Source: Octopus bimaculoides (Eukaryota). From it: a DNA stretch of 58,082 nt. The notes below the pieces were generated by a model, which searched no databases, was not told where the DNA came from, and saw only the letters and a program-made list of their open reading frames with translations. Numbering within the stretch: position 1 is the stretch's first letter; each line of letters opens with the position of its first letter. The position numbers and the translations under genes were made by a program. The stretch lies in the NCBI RefSeq assembly GCF_001194135.2, contig NC_068998.1:14389674-14447755 (forward strand). Reading direction: 5' to 3'. Positions 35,942 to 49,260 of this stretch are shown in pieces.

Positions 35942-36170
35942 GGCGCGTGAGTCCATGGTTAAGTCGTTGGACTTATTATCGTAAGATTTTGGCTTGAATT
36001 CCAAGATTGGCGACGCCTTATGTTCTTGAACAAAACAGTTCATTTCATGTTAGTCCAGTTCACTCGGCTACGAAAATGAGTACTCCTGCGACAGGCCTTC
36101 GTCCGTTTAGCGGGGCATGCACGCATCATGGAAACCGGAAAACTGGCCCTATGAGTCTTTATGACTCGGG
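35942..36170 (+). mobile_element. tRNA-derived SINE, family C
   Basis: ggcgcgtgagtccatggttaagtcgttggac..ttgaattcc..cttgaacaaaacagttcatttcatgttagtccagttcactcggct..catggaaaccggaaaactggccctatgag. Confidence 0.7.
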
Positions 36171-36889
36171 AAGGATATTACCTGTCTGCTTCTTAATATA
36201 CGTTTCATTCTATATAAACATTTTCCACTTCCGTACCGTACTAAAATGAAAGATTTCACTTTTAGAAAGGAAGCTTATGAAGAATATAGTATAACGGACA
36301 ATAAGACAGGATAGCCATTACTGGAATGTCTCTGACGATAGATCTAATCGGAACTAATCTAAATTTAAACGCTAAAAGCAACGAGATATAATCACAATAA
36401 CAACAACGACATATATTAAAATCTTTGGGCCAAAAATATTTTCTGCATCATATCTCAATGACTGAAATAGACAAAAATACCCTTGAACGGTTTATATAAT
36501 AACTGCACTGTCCCAGACAGAGGTCATGAACAGGAACAGTCTTCTGATATGGAAAGTCTGCAAACCTGAAACTACCTAGAAAATTAATAGCAGATCATTA
36601 ATTCCCAAAGAAATCCAAACAATTCTTTAAAATAAGGAATTTTATTTTCGGTAGTTTAGGAAGAATGATATTAATTGGAAAGCAATACTGAAATGTATTA
36701 TTGATAATATGATTAAAATAAGTCTGTGATAATCATACGAGAAATATTGATTATAAAATTTTAGTCATGAATAAACATGATTTCTATAAAAAAGAAAATA
36801 ACTGAATACAGCAAATGATTTGCTTTCGATAAAAGTTTTTTTTTTTAATTCTCAAGAATTATAGAAGTGCTCCACTTATTATCATTTGT

Positions 36890-36940
<51 letters not shown>

Positions 36941-36944
36941 CATG

Positions 36945-36981
<37 letters not shown>

Positions 36982-37869
36982 CCGCCTCATAAACACATTT
37001 ATGTGCACATGTGTTCATATGTCCAAATTATAGCTAAGTGTATAGCTATTTATATGTATGTGTGTGTGTATCTTTCTCTTTCTCTCACTCTATTCCACTA
37101 TGTATACATACATACGTATGTATGTATGTATGTATGTATATATGTATGTATGTATGTATGTATCTATTTATCTCTCTGTCTATTTCTCTACATATAGCAA
37201 CCTATATTATCATTATTTATGCATATATACATAGTGCATACATATGTACATGCATATATATATAGCACAAAAGTTGAAATCAGGCGGACAGACAAGAAAT
37301 AGGAGCGAATATAGTTTTTAATACAGGACAATGGGAAGAGTTAGTTATAACGTTTCGGATACTGGCAGTCCATCCGTTATGGTAAGACTGGAAACTTTGG
37401 CAGACGCTAGTCTTTATTTTCTGAGTGAGGCATTAAAAAATGTTCACTCAGAGTCAAGATGGCAAGGGGTTTGAAAGTTTCGAAATTTTAATTACAGGTG
37501 AAAATCTATCCAACGAGTTTCCACACAATTACAGTCTAATAAATTCCCTTCACATCACTCAAATCAATAAGATGACACTTTCGAAACGTAGAGCTAAATT
37601 GCCATTAGCTGAGATCGAAGTGAATGGAATTTTTCTTTTTGTTTTTGCGTCAAATGACAATCTCTCAATACCTCAATCCCTTCACGCAAACGATATGCAT
37701 GAACCATAAATCCACTGGTCTGTTTTCTTCTCCAGCTATACCAACTTCTTTATCAATACGCAAGGATATTTCCATGGAACTCAGAACATATCAGTAAAAT
37801 ACACTGACAGTATCTAAGTCTTCAGTTAAGGCTAACACACTAAGCTATACTGTTATATCTTTAAATCAC

Positions 37870-37910
<41 letters not shown>

Positions 37911-38719
37911 AACAGTATAGATAACGCTTCTCCTTTCCAACGAAGGCGCACAGATTGGATTTTTAAATCCAATATAGTAGAATATATACAAATTTAATGT
38001 ATATATAAATATATATATATATATATACATACATACATACATACATACGTATATANNNNNNNNNNNNNNNNNNNNNNNNNNNNNNNNNNNNNNNNNNNNN
38101 NNNNNNNNNNNNNNNNNNNNNNNNNNNNNNNNNNNNNNNNNNNNNNNNNNNNNNNNNNNNNNNNNNNNNNNNNNNNNNNNNNNNNNNNNNNNNNNNNNNN
38201 NNNNNNNNNNNNNNNNNNNNNNNNNNNNNNNNNNNNNNNNNNNNNNNNNNNNNNNNNNNNNNNNNNNNNNNNNNNNNNNNNNNNNNNNNNNNNNNNNNNN
38301 NNNNNNNNNNNNNNNNNNNNNNNNNNNNNNNNNNNNNNNNNNNNNNNNNNNNNNNNNNNNNNNNNNNNNNNNNNNNNNNNNNNNNNNNNNNNNNNNNNNN
38401 NNNNNNNNNNNNNNNNNNNNNNNNNNNNNNNNNNNNNNNNNNNNNNNNNNNNNNNNNNNNNNNNNNNNNNNNNNNNNNNNNNNNNNNNNNNNNNNNNNNN
38501 NNNNNNNNNNNNNNNNNNNNNNNNNNNNNNNNNNNNNNNNNNNNNNNNNNNNNNNNNNNNNNNNNNNNNNNNNNNNNNNNNNNNNNNNNNNNNNNNNNNN
38601 NNNNNNNNNNNNNNNNNNNNNNNTTATTCTTTTACCTCCTCTTCCCCCAGTATTCTATCCTATTATTCTGTCCCTCTCTCTCCCTCATTCCTCCTCTCTT
38701 GCTCATGTGGCTCCCACGT

Positions 38720-39260
38720 GACCATGTTTTGGGGACACGGCAAGCCAACGGTTGTTCTGTGTATTCACCAACTGATTCTGGCAAAAATTTTTCCCGTCTG
38801 AGAAAAACCAAAGCATGTTCGGTTGAAGGGGATGCTTGAGTTTGTTCAAAAGCTACGTAGCGAGGTTTTTCCTCTTGTGCTTGATGTCTTGGGATAAAAA
38901 TTGGGCGTTTCTCATTTTGTATGAGGTATCCTGAATGTCTTCATGCACTCCTTGTCGAATACACAGTATAGTAGGGTCAGTTGGACCTGATTGACTTGGA
39001 CGGATCGTTGTCAATCATGGCCTTAATCTCAGTAACAAATTCAGTTCTTTTCTTATAAGTATGATCAGACTGAGTCTTCCGAGCTGCTGTATCTTCGTAA
39101 TCACTATTAAACTCACCCAACTTTTTCCGAATCCTCTGCGCTTTCCTCAGATTGACACTGAGATATTCCTATTGGAGCTTCCGGTGCGAATGCCAAGCAG
39201 GCAGTACAGCATCGCGTTTCCAAATTTCTGGCAGAGTGAATTTGCGTCATGGTGCTGTTT
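38720..39260 (-). mobile_element. maT/DD37D-like Tc1-mariner transposase N-terminal fragment, pseudogene
   Basis: LGIRTGSSN..VNLRKAQRIRKKL..TAARK..FVTEIKAMIDNDPSKSIRS..VHEDI..SYKMR..LLNKLKHPLQPNMLWFFSDGKNFCQNQLVNTQNNRWLA. Confidence 0.8.
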
Positions 39261-39537
39261 TTCTTATGCGTAGTCGATCAAAATCAAAAACAAAGAATTC
39301 GCATGCACGAAATCAAAAATATAAAATGCCGTCGATTTACCCCTCACACCGTGTATATAAGTGTGTGTCTGTTTGTGTGTACGTATATGTGTGTGAGGGG
39401 GTATGTATATGTATATACATACATATGTGTGTGTTGCTTGTTTGTAAGTGGGCTCTTTGTAATCTCATGTGCGTGTTCACGTGTCATGTGTTAATGAGCC
39501 AAGTATGTGTACGTACTTATACATGCAGCTATTATAT

Positions 39538-39574
<37 letters not shown>

Positions 39575-40048
39575 NNNNNNNNNNNNNNNNNNNNNNNNNN
39601 NNNNNNNNNNNNNNNNNNNNNNNNNNNNNNNNNNNNNNNNNNNNNNNNNNNNNNNNNNNNNNNNNNNNNNNNNNNNNNNNNNNNNNNNNNNNNNNNNNNN
39701 NNNNNNNNNNNNNNNNNNNNNNNNNNNNNNNNNNNNNNNNNNNNNNNNNNNNNNNNNNNNNNNNNNNNNNNNNNNNNNNNNNNNNNNNNNNNNNNNNNNN
39801 NNNNNNNNNNNNNNNNNNNNNNNNNNNNNNNNNNNNNNNNNNNNNNNNNNNNNNNNNNNNNNNNNNNNNNNNNNNNNNNNNNNNNNNNNNNNNNNNNNNN
39901 NNNNNNNNNNNNNNNNNNNNNNNNNNNNNNNNNNNNNNNNNNNNNNNNNNNNNNNNNNNNNNNNNNNNNNNNNNNNNNNNNNNNNNNNNNNNNNNNNNNN
40001 NNNNNNNNNNNNNNNNNNNNTATATGTGTATATGTATGTATTTATATG

Positions 40049-40079
<31 letters not shown>

Positions 40080-40126
40080 ATGTATACATTATATTATATT
40101 ATCTTTATATATACATACATACATAC

Positions 40127-40198
<72 letters not shown>

Positions 40199-40289
40199 TG
40201 CTTTGGATATCTATACATAAGCAAAGCCAGAGGGCAGAAAAAGAGATTGAGAGATAAATCGAGTGACAATACTACTACTGGCACGAGGA

Positions 40290-40575
40290 CGACAGTTCCA
40301 GTCGATCCATTCATCGGAAGAGTCTGATCGTGAAATTAACGTGCATGTGGCTGAGCACTCCACGGACATTTATACCCCTAACGTAGTTCTCAGGAAGATT
40401 CAGCATGATGCAGAGTGTGACAAGGTTGAGCCTTTGAAGTACATGTACTACCCATTTTGTCAGCTGAGTGGACTGGAGCAACATGAAATAAAGTGTCTTG
40501 CTCAAGGACACAACGCGTCGCCAGGAATTGAATTCAAGATCGTTAGTCGAATGCCCCAAACACTGAGCCATTCGC
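40290..40575 (-). mobile_element. SINE family C
   Basis: Reverse complement gives ggcgaatggctcagtgtttggggcattcgactaacgatcttgaattcaattcc..ccttgagcaagacactttatttcatgttgctccagtccactcagctg. Confidence 0.75.
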
Positions 40576-41094
40576 CTTCACATCAAGCAACGAACAACAT
40601 ATCAAACATGCACATATATCATGCTAAATACGTCATTATCTGAGAGAAGATGTTTTGATTTGTTTGAATTGAAATGATAACGATCTCTTTCTTGAGATCC
40701 ATGTCTCACTTATTGAACAGGAAATCCTTCGTCAGCCTGAGATTTGCATAATAGTATTGATTCTTAGTTATGACAGAACTCCATAGAATTTCTGTATCGG
40801 GTTGGAATATTGTAGTGGATTGTATTGATTTCCACTGACAAAAGATGTAATCGTCATTATTGGTTGTCAGAGCCTAAAGGAACTTATATAAATGGTGAAA
40901 TATATTTTGCCTCTTGCTCTTTTCGCCTTTACTATTCACCACCACTGTCATCTCCATTGCAATACGTACATACACGTACACACGCAAATTTCTAGGCACA
41001 CAAACACTTACATATGTGCATATATGTATGTGTGGGTGCGCGCACGCGTGCGTGTGTATGTGAGTATACATATAAAGATACCTTATACGTCCAT

Positions 41095-41129
<35 letters not shown>

Positions 41130-41755
41130 ATCTTTCTCTCTCTCTATCTCTCTCTTTCTCTCTCTCTCTTTCTTTCTCTCTCTCTCTCTCTCTCTCTGTA
41201 AATATCTGTTATTGAGTGTTATTTCCAGCAGGTAGACATACCTAGTATGTCCTTTGATTAATTTTAATCCTTCAGCTATTTAATATTTTTTTGTTGGGGT
41301 GGGGGCTGCAATCGTCTGTATTATTGATTCTCTTATTATCATTTTAAAATTGTTACACTAGATAATAACATATCATCGCAAATTATTTTTTCATGAATTA
41401 TTTGCTCCATATATATATATATATATAAGATAAACTTACTTGGAAACGCATGCGTTGCGTTCAATCATATAATAATATAAATAAATATATAAATGTATAT
41501 ATGCATATATACATACATGAAATACAAAGGCAAACTTGGGTATGCGAACAACGGGAGAAGCAAATAGAAAACAAGACAAGTAACATAAAGAATGACCCTT
41601 CATCAGTTTTCGGTTGTTCATCTACTCCACATTTCGAGCAATTAACGACAATATGATCCGCACACCAAAATAAAATTTGGGATTTTGCGGATTCATACAA
41701 CAAACCAAACTAAAACAAACACGGAGGGCCGTTAGGCCAGACGAGGTAAGGTAGC

Positions 41756-42095
41756 GAACGCTGGAGGAATATTCTTTGACTAGAGAAAAGATAGGAGAGG
41801 AGACCGATAGGAATGCTTCTGCTCTGTGCGACAGCCTGAATGAAAAGAAAGATGATCACGTGAGGTAAAGAAAGATGGACGATGGTCATGTGTGAGCAAC
41901 GAGAGAGAATAAATGAGGAAGAGTGGGAGAGAGAGGGAAACAGATAGAAAACGGTGGCTCACATGTGACCATCGTTCATCTTTCTTTTCCTCACGTGATC
42001 ATCCTTCTTTTCCTTCAGTCTGTCGCATAGATCAGACGCATTCTTATCTATCTCTCCTATCTTTTCTCTTGTCAAATAATATTCCTCCAGCGTTC
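41756..42095. repeat. Long inverted repeat (foldback or MITE-like): about 145-bp arms, 53-bp purine-rich spacer
   Basis: 41756-41900 aligns to the reverse complement of 41954-42095 at roughly 85-90 percent identity by manual alignment. Confidence 0.95.
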
Positions 42096-42237
42096 ACTGG
42101 AGTATTAGGCAGAGGTAGCAAACAGCTACATGGCATCCGTCATCAATTGTTGCCTGAACGTCATGCCTTGTTCCATTTTAACAGAATGCATCGCTTGGTC
42201 TTTTTCTTTTTCTGGAAGGTGCGCCTTCCATTGGTTA

Positions 42238-42435
42238 GGATAAAAGGCAAAGTCGATCTCGGCTGATTTTTTAACTCAGAACGTTTCGTCCGCTTTACGT
42301 TGAGATTTAAAAAAAATCCGCCGTGGTCGACTTTTCCTTTCATCTTTTTGGAGTCGATAAAATAAGTGCCACTGAAGCACTGGGGTCGATGTAAAAGGCT
42401 TACCTCTTTCTCCAGACTTCATGCCTTGTGCCTTT
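42238..42435. mobile_element. Back-to-back SINE family B fragments: minus then plus
   Basis: aaaggcaaagtcgatctcggc..aactcagaacgt followed by acgttgag..ccgccgtggtcgacttttcctttcatc..ctggggtcgatgtaa. Confidence 0.8.
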
Positions 42436-43082
42436 TGTAGAAAGGTTTATTATTACTAAGTTAACGTAGAAGTATTCATGGTTAAATAGAATCATTAAGG
42501 TCAACGAGAATGTTTGTGATTAACACGGATAATTAAGGTGAAATAAAAATGTCCAAAGTAAACAATTTCCTTGAGAAAATGTCAATATTACATTTCCACC
42601 TCCCGCTATAGTCATTTTCTACAATTTATCTAATGTCTATTATAATAGCTAACTTGTCGATATAGTGACAGAAATAATTGCATATCACTCCATTTGTGCT
42701 AATTCTAAATAGGAAGACAGACTCGTGTTTGAATTGAAATTACTTTATAGTCCAACAACTAAATTGGCGCAATTTCTTAGTTATTCAGCTCTCTTGTGCA
42801 CAATATTATACACATTTGTAAATATTATGGCGATTAATGGTGCACTATTATGATTTTTCTACGGTGAATAATGTCTGGCTTGTTACGTGCAACATACTAG
42901 CATGGTTGTGTGCTAAAATTCCGTAGAGTTTTCTCTTCTCATTGTTATTTTATTCTAGTCAAGCAAAAGTTCATATGATTACTAGACAACCTCCCAGCAA
43001 AGTAGACTCTTAACAAGAATATTTTCATTAACACTAATACGAATCGGTATGAACATCTTCGTTATTATGATAATCCTTAAGT

Positions 43083-43300
43083 TGGCGAGCTGGCAGAATC
43101 GTTAGCACGCCGAGCAAAATGATTAGCGGCATTTCACCTGTCGCTACGTTCTGAGTTCAAATTCCGCCGAGGTCGACTTTGCCTTTCATCCTTTCGAGGT
43201 CGATAAATTTAATACCAGTTGAGTACTGGGGTCGATGTAATCGACTATTCATCCCCCCACCCCCCCAAATTTCAGGCCTTGTGCCTATGGTGGAAAGGAT
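43083..43300 (+). mobile_element. SINE family B, young full copy
   Basis: ggcgagctggcagaatcgttagcacgccgagc..ttctgagttcaaattccgccgaggtcgactttgcc..aaatttcaggccttgtgcc. Confidence 0.9.
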
Positions 43301-43304
43301 TATT

Positions 43305-43456
43305 ATGATAATCGTTATGTTTAGAATGAGAGTAATGATGATGATGATGATGATGACAGCGGTGGCAGTCATGATGATGATGACGCCAATGACAGCGACG
43401 TGGGTGATGCTAACAAAGACGATGACACTGACGATGATGATAACGATGGAGGCAAA

Positions 43457-43487
<31 letters not shown>

Positions 43488-43600
43488 AATGTGATCATAT
43501 TGAGGTTGATAAGGATACTAATGATGATGAAGATTATGGTAGACATGGTGATGTTGATGATTTACAGAGTGATACAGGATAAGGACGTCAACGATATTTA
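43305..43600. repeat. Degenerate (GAT)n/(GCT)n trinucleotide tract
   Basis: Direct reading; adjoins the SINE tail. Confidence 0.85.
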
Positions 43601-43689
43601 TGGGGATAAGGTTTAATCCATTCTGGAGCACTACCTTGATAAATTTTAGCCGGACGAATCTATCCAAGTGCTAAATTTTTAAAAGCATG

Positions 43690-43910
43690 GCACTTATTCT
43701 ATCGGAAACTCTTGCCGAACGGCTAAGCTACGAGGATGTAAACACACCAATACCGGTTATCATGTGGTGGTGGAGGAGAAACACAGGCACAAAGAAGCAC
43801 AGACACTCACCTACACAAACACACATGCGCTTAAACACACATACACGATCAAAAACACGCACACACACGCATAAATTAACACACACAGATATATATGCGC
43901 GCGTGTGTGC

Positions 43911-43954
<44 letters not shown>

Positions 43955-44130
43955 CACTTGGGGTTAAATGATCGCAGTAGAGTCCGCTCGAACGGACAGC
44001 TATGTTAAAGTAGCTCCGAATATTACATGTCAGTACAACTACTGCGTTGATTTCTGGTTGGCCCGAGGCTCTAGTAGAAGCCACTAGTCCCATGTCTCGC
44101 GAGACCATGTGGTTTAGAGGCAAGCTTCTG
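43690..44130 (-). mobile_element. SINE family A with internal (CA)/(TA) tract
   Basis: acttattctatcgg..gccgaacggctaag..gtaaacacacc..; ggttggcccgaggctctagtagaag..accatgtggtttagaggcaagcttct. Confidence 0.75.
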
Positions 44131-44183
44131 ATGACATAGACATATATATGATATATGATATATAATATATAATATGCAGATAG

Positions 44184-44214
<31 letters not shown>

Positions 44215-44257
44215 GATAGATAGATCGATAGATAGATATATACATACATACATACAT

Positions 44258-44317
44258 TGCACCCGGAACCATGTAGTTGGGAGGCAATCTTGTTACCATA
44301 TAGCCATGCCTGCGCCT
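44258..44317 (-). mobile_element. SINE family A head fragment
   Basis: acccggaaccatgtagttgggaggcaatctt..atagccatgcctgcgcc. Confidence 0.7.
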
Positions 44318-45324
44318 ATATATCTGTGTGTTTGTGTGTGTGTGTGTGTGTGTGTAAATACTGCGTCTAAAGACAAACACAGAATTATATCTTATACCTG
44401 CCATTTCTAGTTTCTTTCTGACTATTGACTTTTTATATTTTTCATTTTCGTGTGCCTGTAGAATGAAGACATGGACATTAACAATTTTGAGTATGTAATC
44501 AGATATGTTAAATAGTGGGCCATATAAGATGTATCTTTGCGTATATCAATCAGCGCTTTGTGTTATTAACCGTGCTACGATGAAGAAGGAAAGATGCCAT
44601 TCATATAGCCTTACTTATAGCTTCGATGATTAATATCTCAAGATTGTTCTGTAGCCAATATTTACTTACGTTAGCATATTTTCACCCACCTGATTGTAAA
44701 TAGAATATAAGTGGAAGCACTGATTAATTCTGTGAGCAACTTTTGCTACTGTTAAAATATAATTAATTATGACTACTGTATAATAATTTATTTTGTAATT
44801 TGCGTTGCTGAGCTCAGATTTGTCTCTTATCTGAAAGCATCTAAACATCTTTCGGGCTTCTAGAATTAGAAGCCAGATCTCCTGCAAATTACATTTTATT
44901 CTCTTAAGTAAAATAAAAGAAGCATTGATTATTGCTACGTTGAATATGTTAGGGCTGAATAAAAAAGCGAGATGGGGATTTCCTTAATCATAGGTTATCT
45001 CAATTAACACTGACATTGTGCTAAGCACGAAAACCAATGCAAATTACAACGGCATTATCAGATGTAACTGTGAACATAATGCCTTCGTTTAAATTTTTGT
45101 GACATCATAGTTGAGAGGTGATGGTTAAAGAAATGCTTTAATATAAAATTGAAATGAATATATTATTATCAAGCTGCGTTTTTGATCGATATCCAATAAA
45201 TAATAAAAAAACTTTCATCGAGGCAACATTTTTTTTTTCATGGATATTGGATAATGATACAGATCCAAACTTTGTTTTTAGCAGTAAGGTGTATTGAAGC
45301 TAACGCAACTTTCAAACGGTAAGC

Positions 45325-45340
45325 TTATCAATTACACGCG

Positions 45341-45395
<55 letters not shown>

Positions 45396-45545
45396 ACACG
45401 CACACAAACACACACACACACACTCACCCTCACGCATACGCACTCCTCACACACACATACACTCACACACATTTACACTCACACACACATACACTCACAC
45501 ACACATACACTCACACACGCACATACACTCACACACACACATATA
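45325..45545. repeat. (CA)n-derived tract with higher-order cacacacatacact subunits
   Basis: Direct reading. Confidence 0.9.
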
Positions 45546-47929
45546 TGTGGATATATTCTTTATATATAATATATGAAGCACACACACATACACATATATT
45601 AGTAGCATTAGATTAAAATAGCAATCTATGTATCATACTTGATGCAGATACATTACAGGGAGCCTAAATAATTGCAGTATTCGTCTTGAGATAATATATC
45701 CTATAAGCATACCATGGTAAGTAACACTAAAAAATTACAGTAGCAACAAGTCTGTGGCAGTAGATCTGAAGATTCTTCTTAATAACGAAATACTTTTTTC
45801 CCGATCCACTGTTGTGTCTACTGATTTGTATACATTACTTATCCATGGAAGCGCCAGCATCACCTATGTTGCTACACTTGGGCATAACATTTTAGGGAGA
45901 AAATATTGCTTTATCGCACATCAACCTGTACGCAAGGTAATAATGTTAAAGTTTGGAGGAACATTTTCGGTATCAATGTTTTTACTATCGGGGCGATGTG
46001 CGTATAGGAGCCGCCTTATCTTGCATTGATATAAGTTCTATGGTGTTTGACAGTACTCTATTTAGTGCCATCCTGGTATTCATCATGCATATCTAATTGC
46101 TTATATGTTGCCTCTTTTTGGAGCAATCTCTTTAAAACGCGCAACTCCAATCTGGCATTCATCAAGCATATCCCATTATTTTTATATACCTGTTTGCACA
46201 ACCATCTCTCCAAGACGAGCCAGTCGTCCATTAGTTGCCTAAAGTTATCAATTTATAGCCTGTCTAGTAGCATTCTATTCAAGGTGCACCAAGTTGTATC
46301 TCAGATTTACTTTGAAGTCACTGTTATTACAATCAATATATTTCTACTGCCCGGAAAGCAGACGTTCGCTTGGCAGTATAAGATCTTGTGGAATATTTTT
46401 ATCGTGACATAATTGATAGAAGTTTCAATAAGAATAATAGAATACAGAACTGTAAGTTAAAGGAAATCTAAGAGAGGATCACAACAAGAAATGTATTTGT
46501 ATGGTAAAGACAAGATGTAAAAGATTTGCAAATGTGAATGATGAGTGTCTCATTTGAGTAACAATAGATATCGTAATATAAACAACGAGGTCAACTAAGA
46601 AATGAAAAGAAACAACTAAAGGGAGATTGCAAAGAAACGGCAATAGTAAATATAAAAGTGCTGCGTAAGTCATGAAGGAAAGAAACGTGTCTGTTTTCAG
46701 CCGGCATATTTTTTTTCAAAAGTTTATGAAGAAATGTTTAACAAATAGAGAATACAAATAAAAGAGAGGACAGAAAAGCAAGAAGAATTAATAGTATTAG
46801 AGTATAAAGAGAGATAAAGACGTTATAAGCGAGAACAAGCGAGAAGAAAAATTGATCGTGTAGGTGTTTGAAAATTGGAAGATATAGAAAATGAGAAAGA
46901 AAGGAAATGCAAAGAATGGAAGAGAGAAATGGGAGGCAGATGTGCAGAAGTAAGAATTTCTATCAGTATGATAGAGATAAAATGGCAATATTGAACTTCT
47001 CAGAGCAGCAGCCGAGCAATGGAAGAAGATGATAAGGGGAAAAAAAAAGGTGACAAACAACGAAAGTAATAAAGCTTCCAATGACATAATGAAATAAATG
47101 TCAGGCATGCGACACTAAAGAAAAAATTGAACAAATGTGATTTTAAATGTTAGCAAAAAGGTTAATTAGGAAATGGAAAATTTAAAATAATAGTAATACT
47201 GTTAAGGGAAGGCAGAATGTAAAGAAATAGCCGTCAGAATTAAACAGTACTACATGTTGCTATCATATTTTAGCAAGCAAAATGATGAATCGGAGCAAAA
47301 GAGAGAATAAAAACAAAAAAATGGAGGCAGAAAAAGTATAGAACAAGGCATTTATAGATTTAGTGGTGAGAGTAGAGGGGTAACGAGGGTGAGGTGACGA
47401 TGAAGGGGAAAGGAGAAGGTGGGTAGGAGTGAAGAGAAGAGAGAAGGAGAGTAGGAGTGAAGAGAAGAAGTAGGAATCGGAGCAAGAGAGATGTGGGTGG
47501 GAGGAAATAGGTGCGAGGGGGAGAGAGGCGAAGATACGAGGTTAGATGAAGAGGGGAGGAGAGTTGAGCCCATGTGGTGCAAAGGAGCGAAGAGAGAATA
47601 TTAATCCTTGTTCATGGCGCAAACGGGAATCCGGATGACCCCTGTGCAAGGACAATCCGAAGACGGACAGGTGTTGCAAAGATTGACCGGTGGAGCGGAA
47701 ATGGCGCGAGGCCGGGGTGTCATTGCTGAGTCGGATATCTCGGAGGTGTATATATATAAAAGAGGAACCATGCTTTGACGAATTAGATTTTAGTTCTAGA
47801 TACCGCCATAGTTGTGAGTTGACATAGACATTCTTTTGGGTCCTTCGTCCTTGACTCAGTTGAAGATCCAAAATGCGCTGTTTCCTTTTGTATCTTTCAA
47901 TAGTGCTGTTATTGTTTTTGCTGTTAAGA

Positions 47930-48140
47930 TGACGAGCTGGATGAACCACTAGCACGCTGGACCGGACCAAATGCTTAGTAGCGTTTCATTCGTCTTTTCG
48001 TACTGATTTAAAAAATTCCACCGATGTGTACTTTGCTTTTTATCCTTTTGGAAGTTATAAAATAAGTAACAGCCGTGCACTGGGATTGGTGTAATCGATT
48101 AGCTCCCTCCACACCAAATTTCAGGCCTTGCGCCTACCTG
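47930..48140 (+). mobile_element. SINE family B
   Basis: gacgagctgg..tagcacgctgg..tgcttag..ctttgctttttatcctt..ccaaatttcaggccttgcgcc. Confidence 0.75.
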
Positions 48141-48659
48141 TTATCCTGTAGGCCTATGATGGCCGGCATTCAAGCCTTGACCACCGTGTCGTTTTGTTCG
48201 GACATTATATATCTAGAACTAAATTATACAAAATATATACACAAGTTTTTAAAAGCAGTAAAATGTGATTTGAGAAATGGTTTAGCAGCTAAATTTAACA
48301 AATCGAGTAACAACATACAGTATTAGTGGTATTTTTATTTGTTTAAATCAGAGAAAAATAAAGAAGTAAATATTTGCTAGATGTCGCTGGATGTGATTCA
48401 GTGGTTGGCAGCTTTCATTCCCCTCACGTTATTTATATGAATCACCGCATAAGCTAAACATCTCGCTCGGATACTACACATACAGTTTATCAGTTGCAAT
48501 CCATCTATTATTATCAAGACTTCTTACTTTGTCAGTTTGAAACCATGTAGTTTATAGTATGCAGATATAAATATTCAAGTAGAAAATATACCAACGTAGA
48601 AATAACAGATGTTATTGCTAAATGGTACAAGCAACTCCAATTTGTAACAGTGCCGATAA

Positions 48660-49260
48660 TAGTTTCTAATTTAGGTACAATGCTAGCAATTTTGACGGTA
48701 TGGAAGTAGTCTATTCTATCGACTAAGAGTAATTGAGAGGCACTTTATTTTATTGGCACATATATAATGAAAAGCCTAATTGACCTCTATGATATCTTAA
48801 CTTAGAATGTACATGGGAGTGAATACAACAATGAATTTTATCTATCACCGATCCACCTTTCATAATTTCTGATTCAGACACCAGGCTAAAAATTTATAGA
48901 GAGGTATTAGCCGATCAAATCGATTTCAGGTCATGAAACGTACTTTATTTTATCGACCCCTGATTTATGAAAGGCCAAGTTGGTCTTAGTAATTTTGTTT
49001 TTATTTCATAAGCATCCGAAGCTATAACGATTCTCTATTATCCTCTATAACAATTTTTAACATAGGCTCAAGATTAGCAGTTTTCGATGAGATTTTCGAA
49101 TAAATCGTCCTTAGTATCTAACTGGTATTTTATTTTATCGATCTCGAAAACATGAAAAGAGGAATTTAAACTCAAAACGTTAAGAACCTGAATAAATATC
49201 ATAAATATCACAAGTATTTTCCAACGCTCTAACGATTCATCCAATCTACCGTTCTCGAGA
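48660..49260 (-). mobile_element. Three old SINE family B remnants in tandem
   Basis: Repeated gtact/ggtattt.attttatcga(c/t)c.. and tttaaactcaaaacgt..ctaacgattc blocks near 48720, 48950 and 49135. Confidence 0.55.

Noticed and set aside
37344-37380. Further hammerhead candidate (aacgtttcggat..tccatcc)
   Set aside because: GAAAC-GUU and a 3-bp stem II exist on the minus strand, but there is no CUGANGA-like core or stem I.
43157-43616. Poly-Met, poly-Asp and poly-Ile ORFs
   Set aside because: Start inside a SINE and run through a degenerate (GAT)n tract.
44666-44887. 73-aa minus-strand ORF ending at a gtaagt donor
   Set aside because: Several competing weak acceptors and no recognisable product.
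45750-46420. Possible ancient LINE or gene fossil (ORFs 45754-46029 and 46047-46412)
   Set aside because: Multiple stops on the minus strand and no motif I can assign; needs BLASTX.
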